Shown here one piece after another: positions 41,956 to 56,032 of a stretch of 64,000 bases of DNA. The first letter of the stretch is position 1. Each line of letters opens with the position of its first letter. Source of the stretch: Bugula neritina (Eukaryota; Animalia; Bryozoa); NCBI GenBank assembly GCA_964035545.1, contig OZ037765.1, positions 124,001-188,000 on the forward strand, written 5' to 3'. Made by a program: the position numbers and the translations under genes. The notes below the pieces were generated by a model. It saw only the letters and a list, made by a program, of their open reading frames with translations, had not been told where the DNA came from and searched no databases.

Positions 41956-43851
41956 TGTTATTTTAAATTTTGAAATAAATGTTCAGTATTGATGTGTTAT
42001 GCACGCCTTCATTAATCTAAAAAAAAATAAATTAAATCACCCTGAGTGCGAGAACAAAATTGTAAATAGACTTGAAGCTTCTAAGTATTACTTTTAGTGT
42101 ATACTTATAGTCTATGTACATTGACATTCATATTGATGTTGGAGCTTCCCAAACAAGAAACCTACTTCAGCCATCTTCTGGAACTCTACAACGGCTGAGC
42201 TACCAGCTAACCGAGTAATAAATTTAGTTTACTTTGTAGTAACAACGTCATATCTTGAAGAAAAAAAAAAATTTTTTCTGCATTTTTTTACAAAGATTTT
42301 ATTTTAAATAATTTTTAAATTTGCAAAACATTTCTGTTTTATAAAAATTAAATTCGCCTGTGATGCATCGTGTCTTGACCGAAACAACATCATGAATTTA
42401 CGCACTTCAACACGAACGAAATCTTAATAAAAACAGCACTGTTTAGCACACTATTTAGTTTTTACTTTCATTTTGTCTATTCCTAATCGTCCAAAACGGA
42501 TACGTTAAGTTTATATCATTTTGATTAGAAAAATATCATTCATGGTATTTAATTTTCTCATTTAATATTTTGCTTATTGACTATTGTAAATAGTTAAAAA
42601 TTTATTAAATCACGAATTATTATTGTAGTTAAAGGGTGGTGTAACTGTAAGTTTTTGTAGTCACCGTGTAATTGTTATTGTATGTTTATATTGACGGATG
42701 AAGAGTGACAGTGACACTGACAGTGAGTGTCAGTGTGACTGATAATGATAGTAATACTCATACTGATACTGAATGTGATACTGATATTCATATTAGATTT
42801 GATAGCTATTGTTCAGGCTGAGGCTATTCACTTTCAGCATTCTAATACTAATAATTATAATATTAATAATGGTAATTTTGATTCTCATAGTTAGTCATAC
42901 TCATAGCTAATGACTCATTACAGTTACTCATTTAGTTTCACGATGACTATAACTTGATGGTCAAGAGCGTTCTACCTCATCAGAGGTAATCAGAGGTAAC
43001 TCTAACTAATCTATAAGTATGACATTAAGTTATTAACTGCATAACTTATAACTATAAGTATAACTATAAGTATTAGTATAACTGTAAGATTAAGTATAAC
43101 TTAAACTGTAGTCTATGAGTATAACTATTCACTTTCAGCCACTCATCAACATGTCTCATAGTCATACCGAAATTGTCAGTCTCACTACTTTCACTTTGTG
43201 ATAGTGATATACCGTATGCACATTGTCATAGTGATACTCATGCTGATGCATTGAAAAAATATTTATTTATATAGCTAATGTAAATGCAGCATAGTATTCA
43301 GCCATATTGATTGTTAATTGGTATTTATAGCTTCATACAATACTTTGTAAATGTTACTTATGGGGAAATTTTCTGTGTCTCTCTTCCTACTCATAGAGTT
43401 AGATGTCAGACGTTTTTGTTATTCCTTGAGTTGAGCTGTTAGTGCTATTATTAAGATTCATATTCATATTGACAAAGGCAAACTGTAAGTTTCTGAGTCA
43501 CTAAGTAGCAGTAAGCTCAAATAATTAAGTGATACCAACTTAGAATTTGTGACATGGTTTTACTTCTTTAAGAAATAAAGCCATACTCTAAGTGTAAAGG
43601 CACAGTATGCTATCATAGCACCAGCTAAATCAAAATACTGTATAGTGTGAGGCACTAGCCTTGCTTTATGCTCTAGTATGTACTTGACAAGAGATGAGAG
43701 ATGGTCCTAATGACTCACAATACATGTCAATGGTAATCATAGTGATTATATTACATTATGCTTGTTTCTATTTATACAAAAGTAGATATTGTTATATAAA
43801 CAGTCATTAGTTACCAGCGTTTTAGAGTTGGTTTGAAATTTTAGTTAAATG

Positions 43852-44759
43852 TGGAGCTGTAAGTGTAGATATAATTAAGTAGTTTACTATGGAGCTGTAA
43901 GTGTAGATATAATTAAGTGGTTTACTATGGAGCTGTAAGTGTAGATATGATTAAGTAGTTTACTATGGAGCTGTAAGTGTAGATGTAATTAAGTAGTTTA
44001 CTATGGAGCAGTAAGTGTAGATGTAATTAAGTAGTTTACTATGGAGCTGTAAGTGTAGATATAATTAAGTAGTTTACTATGGAGCTGTAAGTGTAGATGT
44101 AATTAAGTAGTTTACTATGGAGCTGTAAGTGTAGATGTAATTAAGTAGTTTACTATGGAGCAGTAAGTGTAGATGTAATTAAGTAGTTTACTATGGAGCT
44201 GTAAGTGTAGATATAATTAAGTAGTTTACTATGGAGCTGTAAGTGTAGATGTAATTAAGTAGTTTACTATGGAGCTGTAAGTGTAGATATGATTAAGTAG
44301 TTTACTATGGAGCTGTAAGTGTAGATATAATTAAGTAGTTTACTATGGAGCTGTAAGTGTAGATATGATTAAGTAGTTTACTATGGAGCTGTAAGTGTAG
44401 ATGTAATTAAGTAGTTTACTATGGAGCAGTAAGTGTAGATGTAATTAAGTAGTTTACTATGGAGCTGTAAGTGTAGATATAATTAAGTAGTTTACTATGG
44501 AGCTGTAAGTGTAGATGTAATTAAGTAGTTTACTATGGAGCAGTAAGTGTAGATGTAATTAAGTAGTTTACTATGGAGCTGTAAGTGTAGATATAATTAA
44601 GTAGTTTACTATGGAGCTGTAAGTGTAGATATGATTAAGTAGTTTACTATGGAGCTGTAAGTGTAGATATAATTAAGTAGTTTACTATGGAGCTGTAAGT
44701 GTAGATATAATTAAGTAGTTTACTATGGAGCTGTAAGTGTAGATATAATTAGGTGGTTT
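43852..44759. repeat. 38-bp minisatellite upstream of MYSM1
   Basis: Unit TGGAGCTGTAAGTGTAGATATAATTAAGTAGTTTACTA. Confidence 0.96.
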
Positions 44760-45108
44760 AGCAGGAAATAATACTAAACAGCTCACTTGTCTTGGAATTT
44801 TTATATATTATTTCATTAGGCTGCATAAATAAGGCTTTTACTATAACTGTATGCTTTGCATTTCTTGGACATTAACTAGTAGTGTTTGTATGTAACCAAA
44901 TGCTATTTATAAATAGTTCATACTGTATAGTAGAATATTTTATTATTATATTATTGATCATGAAAGCTTCACAAATTAGTGAGATTTGACAACATTTTCA
45001 TTGCTATAAAAATATGTACATTTTCCTCCTAAATGTTGATAAATATAGAATAAGTGATGCATTGTGGTTAGTCTAGCGGTTTTGGTGAAGATCTTTAGGC
45101 AGTTGAGT

Positions 45109-48100
45109 ATGGATTCAGATGACGGGGATGTTGATATAGAAGGAGAGTTCAACGTAGATATCTCAGAGTAAGTATATGTTAGTATAAATATCTCAGAGTA
45201 AGTATATGTTAGTATAAATATCTCAGAGTAAGTATATGTTAGTATAAATATCTCAGAGTAAGTATATGTTAGTATAAATATCTCAGAGTAAGTATATGTT
45301 AGTATAAATATCTCAGAGTGAGTATATGTTAGTATAAATATCTCAGAGTAAGTATATGTTAGTATAAATATCTCAGAGTGAGTATATGTTAGTATAAATA
45401 TCTCAGAGTAAGTATCTGTTAGTATAAATATCTCAGAGTAAGTATATGTCAGTATAAATATCTGAGAGTAAGTATATGTTAGTATACATATCTCAGAGTA
45501 AGTATATGTTAGTATAAATATCTCAGAGTAAGTATCTGTTAGTATAAATATCTCAGAGTAAGTATATGTCAGTATAAATATCTCAGAGTATGTATATGTT
45601 AGTATAAATATCTGAGAGTAAGTATATGTTAGTATAAATATCTCAGAGTAAGTATCTGTTAGTATAAATATCTCAGAGTAAGTATCTGTTAGTATAAATA
45701 TCTCAGAGTAAGTATATGTTAGTATAAATATAAATATTATGTTACAGATGTGACTGGAAGTCCACTCAACTGACACACAACCTACTAAATCAGGTATATA
45801 TTACTTAGCATATACTCTACTATGTATAGCATATACTCTACTATGTATAGCATATACTCTGCTATGTATAGCATATACTCTACTATATATAGCATATACT
45901 CTACTATGTATAGCATATACTCTACTTTGTATAGCATATACTCTACTATGTATAGCATATACTCTACACAGGAAGCTGGTCTCATCGACCTTGACCCAGA
46001 TAGCCGGCAAGTCGTCCTTGACCTCTTGGAAGGAGACGGTCAGACAGACTCAACTGACACCAAGAGAGCGTTACGTAACACCAGCCGGCAGGTTCGTCTC
46101 ACAGCAGAGGAGAAACTTGTCTTCCAGAGGAGTCTTGTGAGTTTCTTGTCTCATGTAATATATCGTGTAATATATACTATATCATGTAATATATCGTGTA
46201 ATATATACTATATCGTGTAATATATCGTATGATAAATACTATATCATGTAATATATCGTGTAATATATCGTGTAATATATACTATATCATGTAATATATC
46301 GTGTAATATGTACTATATCATGTGATATATCGTGTAATATGTACTATATCATGTAATATATCGTGTAATATATATTATATCATGTGATATAGTGTAATAT
46401 ATACTATATCATGTAATATATCGTGTAATATATATTATATCATGTGATATAGTGTAATATATACTATATCATGTGATATATCGTGTAATATATACTATAT
46501 CGTGTAATATATCGTGTAATATATCATGTAATATATCGTGTAATATATACTATATCATGTAATATATCGTGTAATATGTACTATATCATGTGATATATCG
46601 TGTAATATATACTATATCATGTAATATATCGTGTAATATGTACTATATCATGTAATATATCGTGTAATATATATTATATCATGTGATATAGTGTAATATA
46701 TACTATATCATGTAATATATTGTGTAATATATATTATATCATGTGATATAGTGTAATATATACTATATCATGTAATATATCGTGTAATATATACTATATC
46801 ATGTAATATATCGTGTAATCTATACTATATCATGTGATATATATACTATATCATGTGATATATCGTGTAATATGTACTATATCATGTGATATATCGTGTA
46901 ATATGTACTGTATCATGTGATATAGTGTAATATATACTATATCATGTGATATAGTGTAATATATATTATATCACATGATATAGTGTAATATATACTATAT
47001 CATGTGATATATCGTGTAATCTATACTATATCATGTGATATATCGTGTAATCTATACTATATCATATACTATAAGATATGATATATGATACGTATGCTGA
47101 TGAAATGTAGTCTCATTTTCCAGGAGATTTACGGAGAATCTTGGGAGCAAATTGCTACTCTCCTTCCTTTCAGAACAACAGATGAAGTGCGGAGGTTTGG
47201 AGTCAGCTATTTGAAGGTATACAGGATACAGGGGTGTGGTTTACACTAGACAGGGGTGTGGTTTACACTAGACAGAGTGTGGTTTACACTAGACAGGGTG
47301 TGGTTTACACTAGACAGGGGTGTGGTTTACACTAGACAGGGTGTGGTTTACACTAGACAGGGGTGTGGTTTACACTAGACAGAGTGTGGTTTACACTAGA
47401 CAGGGTGTGGTTTACACTAGACAGGGTGTGGTTTACACTAGACAGGGGTGTGGTTTACACTAGACAGGGTGTAGTATTTTATAAACTTGACTTCTTATAA
47501 TAAAATACCTGTGTTTTTGTACAGAAAGAGAAGAGGTTGAGTAACTTAAAGAGAAAGGCTATGCCAAAGTACGTTGACCTGTGTATTACCTTACCAAGGT
47601 CAAGGTCTTATCTATTCTCTATTCTACTCTAAATCATATCTACTCAGTATTTACATGGCAATTCTATTCTAGCCTAAGCTGTATAGAGAAGGAGTTATAT
47701 TTGTTATTTAACTTCCTGGTGTATCATTTACAGACAGTTCTCAGAGTCTGCACCCAGCTTTCTCCACACCCAGCAGTCTGTTACCAGTACACAAGCACCT
47801 ACTCACTCTGCCAGTGTACAAGCACCTGCTCACACTGCCAGTACACAAGCACCTGCTCACTCTGCCAGTGTACAAGCACCTGCTCACTCTGCCAGTACAC
47901 AAGCACCTGCTCACTCTGCCAGTGTACAAGCACCTGCTCACACTGCCAGTACACAAGCACCTGCTCCCACTGTCAGTACACAAGCACCTGCTCACTCTGC
48001 CAGCGTACAAGCGCCTGCTCACTCTGCCAGTGTACAAGCACCTGCTCACTCTGCCAGTGTACAAGCACCTGCTCCCACTGTCAGTACACAAGCACCTGCT

Positions 48101-51100
48101 CACACTGTCAGTACACAAGCACCTGCTCACACTGCCAGTATACAAGCACCTACTCACACTGCCAGTACACAAGCACCTGTTCACACTGTCAGTATACAAG
48201 CACCTGCTCACACTGCCAGTATGCAGACTGTTAGAAGTGACAGTAACCAGTTGACTTACTCAGCCAGAATAAACAAGCACCTTGCTACAGGTGTCACTGA
48301 ACCCACATATACACTTCATATTCACTCTCTCAGTAGCAACTCTAGTTCTGATGTGACCCAACCACCTGCAGTCTCTGTAAATCCAGACATCTCACCACCT
48401 CCGTGTAAAAAAGTAGCACCTGCATTGAGTGTCACAACACAGTCACCTGCTAGTATGACATCTTTAAGGTCACCAGCAAGGTTGGTCTGTAGATAACACT
48501 GAGGAGTAACACTAGATCCTCAGCATGGGTGAAAATAAATGTTAATATTCGCGGTTGCTGCGACCTGTTTTATTATGTTTTGTGTTTCAGAGTTGCTGAC
48601 ATCTCTTGTGCTGGAGGTAGTGATCTGCTGTCTCTTAGTGCTGCTGACTCATCAGAGGAAGTGGAAATATCAGGTCAGTTCCTTCATTGCTGTAGTAGGT
48701 AGGTGTGGTTACCTACGTAGGTGTGGTTACCTAGGTAGGTGTGGTTACCTAGGTAGGTGTGGTTACCTACGTAGGTGTGGTTACCTAGGTAGGTGTGGTT
48801 ATCTAGGTAGGTGTGGTTATCTAGGTAGGTGTGGTTACCTACGTAGGTGTGGCTATTTAGGTAGGTGTGGCTATCTGTTGTAGTAACTGATCCACCAGCT
48901 GCAGAAAACTTCCCATTGACGTTTACTCCTGTGTCCCGCAGAGCCGAGCTGTCCGATACTCCCCCTAACTCATCTGACACATTGACTGACACCTCCTCTC
49001 AACCTGTACATAGACTAGAGTTTGGAGTGTTGAACTCTGAGGGGGATTTTGTGCCGAAATCCGCCCCGCTCTCTGAATACGTATTTGAAGACGCGGGGGA
49101 GATAACTGATGAGGAGAAAAGTGTTATATCAGAGTTCTTTATTGGGAGAGACAGGAAAACACCTGAGCGCTACCTTCAGTACAGAACTTTTATCATCAGC
49201 AAATGGTGAGTTATTGTTTATTAGTACGACTATACTCTCTCCTACCCTACCCTACTCTCTCCTACCCTACCCTACTCTCTCCTACCCTACCCTACTCTCT
49301 CCTACCCTACCCTACTCTCTCCTACCCTACCCTACTCTCTCCTACCCTACCCTACTCTCTCCTACCCTACCCTGCTTTCTCCTACCCTTCTCTCCTACCC
49401 TTCTCCTATCTCCACCCTCTACTCTACCCTCTACTCTACCCTCTACTCTACCCTCTACTCTACCCTCTACTCTACCCTCTACTGTACTATGGGTTATCGC
49501 GTCAGTAAGATGTTCTCCATACTGAGTCAACAACTGAAAGCACGTGGAGTGAGTCACTACTAAACTATGAGCATCTTTCTATATTCCAGGGAAAGCCTTA
49601 GGCCCAGTTACGTGAGTAAAAGTCGTATAAGGCGAGAGATACCGTACCGAGGGGACGTGAGAGTTATATCCAGGATACACGACTACTTGGAGCAGATCGG
49701 AGCCATCAACTTTGGTTGCTGTAAGTATTCAGTTATCTTCCCTCACTTACAGTATTCAGTTATCTCCCCTCACTTACAGTATTCAGTTATCTCCCCTCAC
49801 TTACAGTATTGAGTTATCTCCCCTCACTTACAGTATTCAGTTATCTCCCCTCACTTACAGTATTGAGTTATCTCCCCTCACTTACAGTATTCAGTTATCT
49901 CCCCTCACTTACAGTATTGAGTTATCTCCCCTCACTTACAGTATTCAGTTATCTCCCCTCACTTACAGTATCCAGTTATCTCCCCTCACTTACAGTATTC
50001 AGTTATCTCCCCTCACTTACAGTATTGAGTTATCTCCCCTCACTTACAGTATTCAGTTATCTCCCCTCACTTACAGTATTGAGTTATCTCCCCTCACTTA
50101 CAGTATTCAGTTATCTCCCCTCACTTACAGTATCCAGTTATCTCCCCTCACTTACAGTATTCAGTTATCTCCCCTCACTTACAGTATTCAGTTATCTTCC
50201 CTCACTTACAGTATTCAGTTATCTCCCCTGACTAATGCTAACACTTCTATTCTAAACCAAAATCAACATGAAGATTCACAATAATCAGCAACAATCAGTT
50301 GAAGACACGTCACAACTGACTGTTAGAGACACGTCACACCTGATTGTTGGAAACACGTCACAACTGATTGTTGGAAACACGTCACAACTGATTGTTGGAA
50401 ACACGTCACAACTGACTGTTGGAGCATGCTCACAAGGATAGCTGAGTTCTTGGGCACAGTTTCTATACGGAATGTGTCTGGGTCGGAGCTGGCGCCACCT
50501 GGTGGTGGAGGTACTATAGCTAGTCGTAGCCAGTGTTCTGACTTGCTATGTGAGAAAGATCGGGACGTGCTGAATACCCACCCAGTATCCCACACTGATA
50601 GTCTGAGTTCTACATCAAGCTCTAAGTCTACTCAGTGCTCTCTGGTTTGTTATCTCAGTTTCTGTCTCAGCTGGTAGAGTATGAGTAGGCCAGCCATGTG
50701 GTGGCTCAGCTACTCATATTGTAACAGCTGATATATTAATACCTTTATTCCCATTTCCTGTTTACTATGCACGTGTATACTTGTACAGCCGAGGCAACTT
50801 ATCAAATACTTGTAAGTTCAGGAGTCCGGGCCAAGTCGACTTCTCATCAGGTGACTCATCTCTTTACATCCAACTCTTTCAATGGTTACATGTTTATTAG
50901 GTTTCATTTGATTGGCTGTGTGTAGTAAACATGTACATGTGATTGGTCAGTTATTATCACTACATGATGTTTGCAGGACAACAGAGTAGCGGAGAAAGAG
51001 ACAGTTACAAAGAAGGTGAGTGTTGCTATGGTTACTGTGTACACGTGTGTTGCTATGGTTACTGTATACCTGTGTGTTGCTATGGTTACTGTATATACGT

Positions 51101-54034
51101 GTGTTGCTATGGTTACTGTATACACGTGTGTTGCTATGGTTACTGTGTACACGTGTGTTGCTATGGTTACTGAGTACACGTGTGTTGCTATGGTTACTGT
51201 ATACACGTGTGTTGCTATGGTTACTGTGTATACGTGTGTTGCTATGGTTACTGTATACACGTGTGTTGCTATGGTTACTGAGTACACGTGTGTTGCTATG
51301 GTTACTGTATACATGTGTGTTGCTATGGTTACTGTATACACGTGTGTTGCTATGGTTACTGTGTACACGTGTGTTGCTATGGTTACTGTATACACGTGTG
51401 TTGCTATGGTTACTGTATACACGTGTGTTGCTATGGTTACTATCCACCTAGTAATTGCTGTGTTCTGTTGACAGTCAAAGAGGAACAGACGTCCTCCTCA
51501 GAAATGGACTCCAGTTGATGGGCCAATCACAGCAGACGTCACATACGCAGTGAGTGCATTTCTCTATACTCTATATTGTCTATACTCTACTGTCTACAGT
51601 CTGATGTGTAGTCACAGTCTGTAGAAATCTTACAGAAACCTTAGTGCGTGTTTCTTGTACTCATTTCAGCATGGGTACGTGGATGAGACGCCTCGACCTA
51701 TTTTAGAGCCTTCTAAACCCGAGAAGAGAGTCAGTAAAGGACTTCTATCCAGTAATATCAGTTTGATGGGTTGCTCTGAGTTTGACGGGGATAAGTTCGT
51801 GAGTTGATGACCTTGACCTCTCTACTACTTGATCTCTCTCTACTACTTGATCTCTCTACTACTTGATCTCTCTACTACTACTTGATCTCTCTACTACTTG
51901 ATCTCTCTACTACTTGATCTCTCTACTACTTGATCTCTCTCTACTACTTGATCTCTCTACTACTTGATCTCTCTACTACTTGATCTCTCTACTACTTGAT
52001 CTCTCTCTACTACTTGACCTCTCTACTACTTGATCTCTCTACTACTTGACCTCTCTACTACTTGATCTCTCTACTACTTGATCTCTCTACTACTTGATCT
52101 CTCTACTACTTGATCTCTCTACTACTTGATCTCTCTACTACTTGATCTCTCTACTACTACTTGATCTCTCTACTACTTGATCTCTCTACTACTTGATCTC
52201 TCTACTACTTGATCTCTCTACTACTTGATCTCTCTACTACTACTTGATCTCTCTACTACTTGATCTCTCTACTACTTGATCTCTCTACTACTTGATCTCT
52301 CTACTACTTGATCTCTCTATTACTTGATCTCTCTACTACTTGATCTCTCTACTACCTGTTCACCTTCTAGAAAGCGCCGTACGATGTAATCCTGGAGTCC
52401 ACGGCTGCCATTGTGATGGACGTCCACAGCCACTTGTGTAAGACAGAAGTAATTGGTCTGTTAGGGGGCGTCTATAACTCCACCCGCAATGTAGTGACTG
52501 TGGTGAGAGCTGAACCGTGCTCCTCTACGAGTACTTCTCTGCACTGCGACATGGACCCAGGTAGTGTAGTGTAGTGTAGTGTAGTGTAGTGTAGTGTAGT
52601 GTAGTGTAGTGTAGTGTAGTGTAGTGTAGTGTAGTGTAGTGTAGTGTAGTGGGGGTTGTCCCTCTTTATTATTCCAACACTGATTGCTCTTCAAATATCA
52701 GCTGATTATGACTCGTCTCCCCTTGAGTTGTCCTCATGACTCATATCTCTGTTCTAGTATCTCAGACGGAGGCTGGAGAGACTATCAAGCACTGCGGACT
52801 ACAGGTGGTCGGGTGGTACCATTCCCACCCTACCTTTGCGCCCAACCCATCTCAGCAAGGTACTCCGCTACAGTCTACTCTCTAGTTCTTAGTCTATACC
52901 TGCGTGTGTAGAGTATATTATACCTGCGTGTGTAGAGTATATTATACCTGCGTGTGTAGAGTATATTATACCTGCGTGTGTAGAGTATATTATACCTGCG
53001 TGTGTAGAGTATATTATACCTGCGTGTGTAGAGTATATTATACCTGCGTGTGTAGGGTATATTATACCTGCGTGTGTAGAGTATATTATACCTTTTACAG
53101 ATATAGATTCCCAGAGAATATTCCAGAACTGGTTCTCCTCTGGGGGAGACAACTTTCTGGGAGTGATAGTCAGTCCTTACAACCCCCTCAACCCGTCCCC
53201 CATCTCTCAGATCACCTGCTTCACTACGTACAGGGACGACGCTAAGGCTATCAGTGAGTATGGACCTAGGGCTGCTGCTGTTTTCTTCTCCTCCACAAGT
53301 CATCTGCTTCCTCTCTCAGCACTGTTGTGTATGTTGAAGGTATTCCCTTCAAGTTCAACTACCGAGTGCAGACAACTCCAAATTCACTAGAGCTATCCAC
53401 TCTTGTGACGAGGTTGAAGAAGTTACTTCTCATGTACAGGAGTTACGAGCACCTGGTGGACCTCCTGGACTCTTACAGGACAGACGCCGATATCTCCGCT
53501 CTTGAGAAGGTAATGTGTCAACAGAGAGAGTAATGTGTCAGCATAGTGAGTATTGTGTCAGCAGAGTGAGTATTGTGTCAGCAAATAGAGTAATGTGTCA
53601 GCAGATAGTAATGTGTCAGCAGAGAGAGTATTGTGTCATCAGAGAGTATTGTGTCAGCAGAGAGAGTAATGTGTCAGCAGAGAGTATTGTGTCAGCAGAT
53701 AGTAATGTGTCAGCAGAGAGAGTATTGTGTCAGCAAATAGAGTAATGTGTCAGTAGATAGTAATGTGTCAGCAGATAGTAATGTGTCAGCAGAGAGAGTA
53801 TTGTGTCAGCAAATAGAGTAATGTGTCAGCAGAGAGTAATGTGTCAGCAGAGAATATTGTGTCAGCAGAGAATATTGTGTCAGCAGAGAGTAATGTGTCA
53901 GCAGAGAGAGTATGTTTGTGTTGTAGCTGCTGCTTTCTCTGGAAGATCATCTCATCACAGCAGACGTTGGCAAAGTGGACACGAGACTCCTGCTTGAAGA
54001 TGTGAAGTTTATTATTAGTACTCATTTTCACTGA
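45109..54034 (+). CDS. MYSM1: Histone H2A deubiquitinase MYSM1 (SANT, SWIRM, JAMM/MPN+), 18 exons
   Basis: Exons 45109-45167, 45748-45793, 45972-46136, 47124-47216, 47525-47568, 47734-48480, 48591-48673, 48884-49205, 49590-49720, 50789-50850, 50977-51015, 51475-51549, 51670-51798, 52371-52560, 52758-52859, 53101-53253, 53340-53509, 53927-54034. N-terminal DVDIEGE; SANT; [43 protein letters not shown]; [41 protein letters not shown]. Confidence 0.95.
45158..45731 (+). repeat. 30-bp minisatellite (~19 copies) containing the MYSM1 exon-1 end and donor
   Basis: Unit ATATCTCAGA|GTAAGTATATGTTAGTATAA. Confidence 0.96.
45806..45967. repeat. 21-bp minisatellite ending at a MYSM1 acceptor
   Basis: Unit TAGCATATACTCTACTATGTA. 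Confidence 0.92.
46151..47065. repeat. AT-rich compound minisatellite, MYSM1 intron 3
   Basis: Subunits TATCATGTAATATATCGTGTAATATATAC. Confidence 0.92.
47228..47472. repeat. 21-22-bp minisatellite, MYSM1 intron 4
   Basis: Unit ACAGGG(G)TGTGGTTTACACTAG. Confidence 0.93.
47785..48220 (+). repeat. Coding 27-bp repeat in MYSM1 exon 6, encoding S(T/V)QAPAH(S/T)(A/V) x~16
   Basis: In frame with the flanking exon sequence; no stop codons. Confidence 0.85.
48696..48874. repeat. 18-bp minisatellite AGGTAGGTGTGGTTACCT, MYSM1 intron 7
   Basis: Direct inspection. Confidence 0.92.
49233..49482. repeat. 20-bp and 12-bp pyrimidine-rich repeats, MYSM1 intron 8
   Basis: CTACTCTCTCCTACCCTACC, then CCCTCTACTCTA. 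Confidence 0.9.
49724..50229. repeat. 27-bp minisatellite beginning inside the MYSM1 intron-9 donor
   Basis: Unit AGTATTCAGTTATCTCCCCTCACTTAC. Confidence 0.95.
51019..51441. repeat. 27-bp minisatellite beginning at the MYSM1 intron-11 donor
   Basis: Unit GTGTTGCTATGGTTACTGTATACACGT. Confidence 0.95.
51812..52354. repeat. ~16-19-bp minisatellite CTTGATCTCTCTACTA, MYSM1 intron 13
   Basis: Direct inspection. Confidence 0.94.
52561..52650 (+). repeat. (GTAGT)18 whose first unit is the MYSM1 intron-14 donor
   Basis: CCAG|GTAGTGTAGT... Confidence 0.95.
52894..53091. repeat. 24-bp minisatellite running into the MYSM1 intron-15 acceptor
   Basis: Unit TATACCTGCGTGTGTAGAGTATAT. Confidence 0.93.
53510..53912 (+). 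repeat. 18-20-bp minisatellite whose first unit is the MYSM1 intron-17 donor
   Basis: AAG|GTAATGTGTCA..; unit GTA(A/T)TGTGTCAGCAGA(GA)n. Confidence 0.93.
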
Positions 54035-54315
54035 GAACTAACTGTGCACTGTCTACTCTGTATACTCACTCCTCTGTATGCTCACTACTCAGATTGACCT
54101 TTGACCTACGTCTATAACAGTATAGATAGCCATGACGTAGATGTTTTACTGTTCTATTGTATTCTGTTGAATATCTCTTATTTTTTAATGTCTAACATAA
54201 CAAATGTTTGCTCTAAATATGCTATAACCACAATATTTATTCTTTGTAAATAAATGAAGATGTAGAAGTTAACTTACTCAACCAACCAATACTCTTTGCT
54301 TTCTCTCCAATCTGT

Positions 54316-54630
54316 TTGTTCTATACCTTATTCTACACCTTATTCTATACCTTATTCTACATCTTATTCTATACCTTATTCTGTACCTTATTCTACACCT
54401 TATTCTACATCTTATTCTACACCTTATTCTGCACCTTATTCTACATCTTATTCTATACCTTATTCTGTACCTTATTCTATACCTTATTCTACACCTTATT
54501 CTATACCTTATTCTACACCTTATTCTGTACCTTATTCTGCACATTATTCTACATCTTATTCTACACCTTATTCTGTACCTTATTCTACACCTTATTCCAC
54601 ACCTTATTCTATACCTTATTCCACACCTTA
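54316..54630. repeat. 12-bp minisatellite TTCTA(T/C)ACCTTA downstream of MYSM1
   Basis: Direct inspection. Confidence 0.93.
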
Positions 54631-55387
54631 CCTAGAAGTAACTATATACAAGATAGTCTCTATGCATACTTCAGGCTACACTATACTAAGGCAATCATGT
54701 TACACCTCATTCATTGCACACGGCTCAAGTGGCTTGCCTCATTTCCTCTCCAATACAGTGTGATCTTACAGTGATTATTATTTTAATCACCAAGTCTTAT
54801 GCTTGAAGTAAAATCAATATTATCACAAGCTTCCTTTTGCTTTATTGGAACAGTATTAGACTAGATTCATAAATTACAAGACATATTAGTTTGATGTCAC
54901 GGCATTAGAGACATTATTGTGTAGGTGTCAATAGCGTTACCTTGCAGCTAATGTGTTGCAATAATTATGTTATTTGCTGACTGTAACTGTTAGCTAGCTG
55001 GCAGCGTAGGCAATCATTAGCTAGCTGACGGCATCTACCTGCCTCTGTGTTACCAGATCACCTACAGGACTGCCTTGCTGGCTACATAGAGTCTGGGATA
55101 CAAGTCATACTCAGTGAGGGTAGGTGCTTCTACTCTGTGCTAAAACTATATTATACTAGCTACAGTCAGCAGCTGTTCTGTGAGGGTGTCACCTCACCTC
55201 TAGTGTTTGAGATGGTGACATGGTGAGAGGGCAACTTCTTGTGTTTCAACAAATCGGCTTAAACTTTCCAAAACAAACCGAAATTCTTTGTGAAACACGC
55301 AAATTGGCGGATTTTAATTGGTTTAAGCTGGAAGATGATTTTAGAGTTGAGTTACAGCTGAATTGAGCACTACTATATATAGCCAAT

Positions 55388-55652
55388 GTGTTACACTGTT
55401 TAGTTCATGTATTACAGTGTTTAGTTCATGTATTACACTGTTTAGTTCATGTATTGCAGTGTTTAGTTCATGTATTACAGTGTTTAGTTCATGTATTACA
55501 GTGTATAATTCATGTATTACAGTGTTTAGTTCATGTATTACAGTGTATAGTTCATGTATTACAGTGTTTAGTACATGTATTACAGTGTATAGTTCATGTA
55601 TTACAGTGTATAGTTCATGTATTACAGTGTATAGTTCATGTATTACAGTGTT
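55388..55652. repeat. 21-bp minisatellite TGTATTACAGTGTTTAGTTCA
   Basis: Direct inspection. Confidence 0.93.
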
Positions 55653-55721
55653 TATTATGTTCTATGGCACTGAGCAGACAGAATTGCTCATCAGGTCTCC
55701 ACACGATCCTCTCCCAACATT

Positions 55722-56032
<311 letters not shown>

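Noticed and set aside
43852-44759. CRISPR-like array (37-38-bp repeats here and at 7979-8697)
   Set aside because: Repeats are head-to-tail with no unique spacers, there are no cas genes, and the context is eukaryotic.
50426-50677. 83-aa ORF in MYSM1 intron 9 as an extra exon
   Set aside because: The flanking exons join in phase without it, and it has no recognisable homology.
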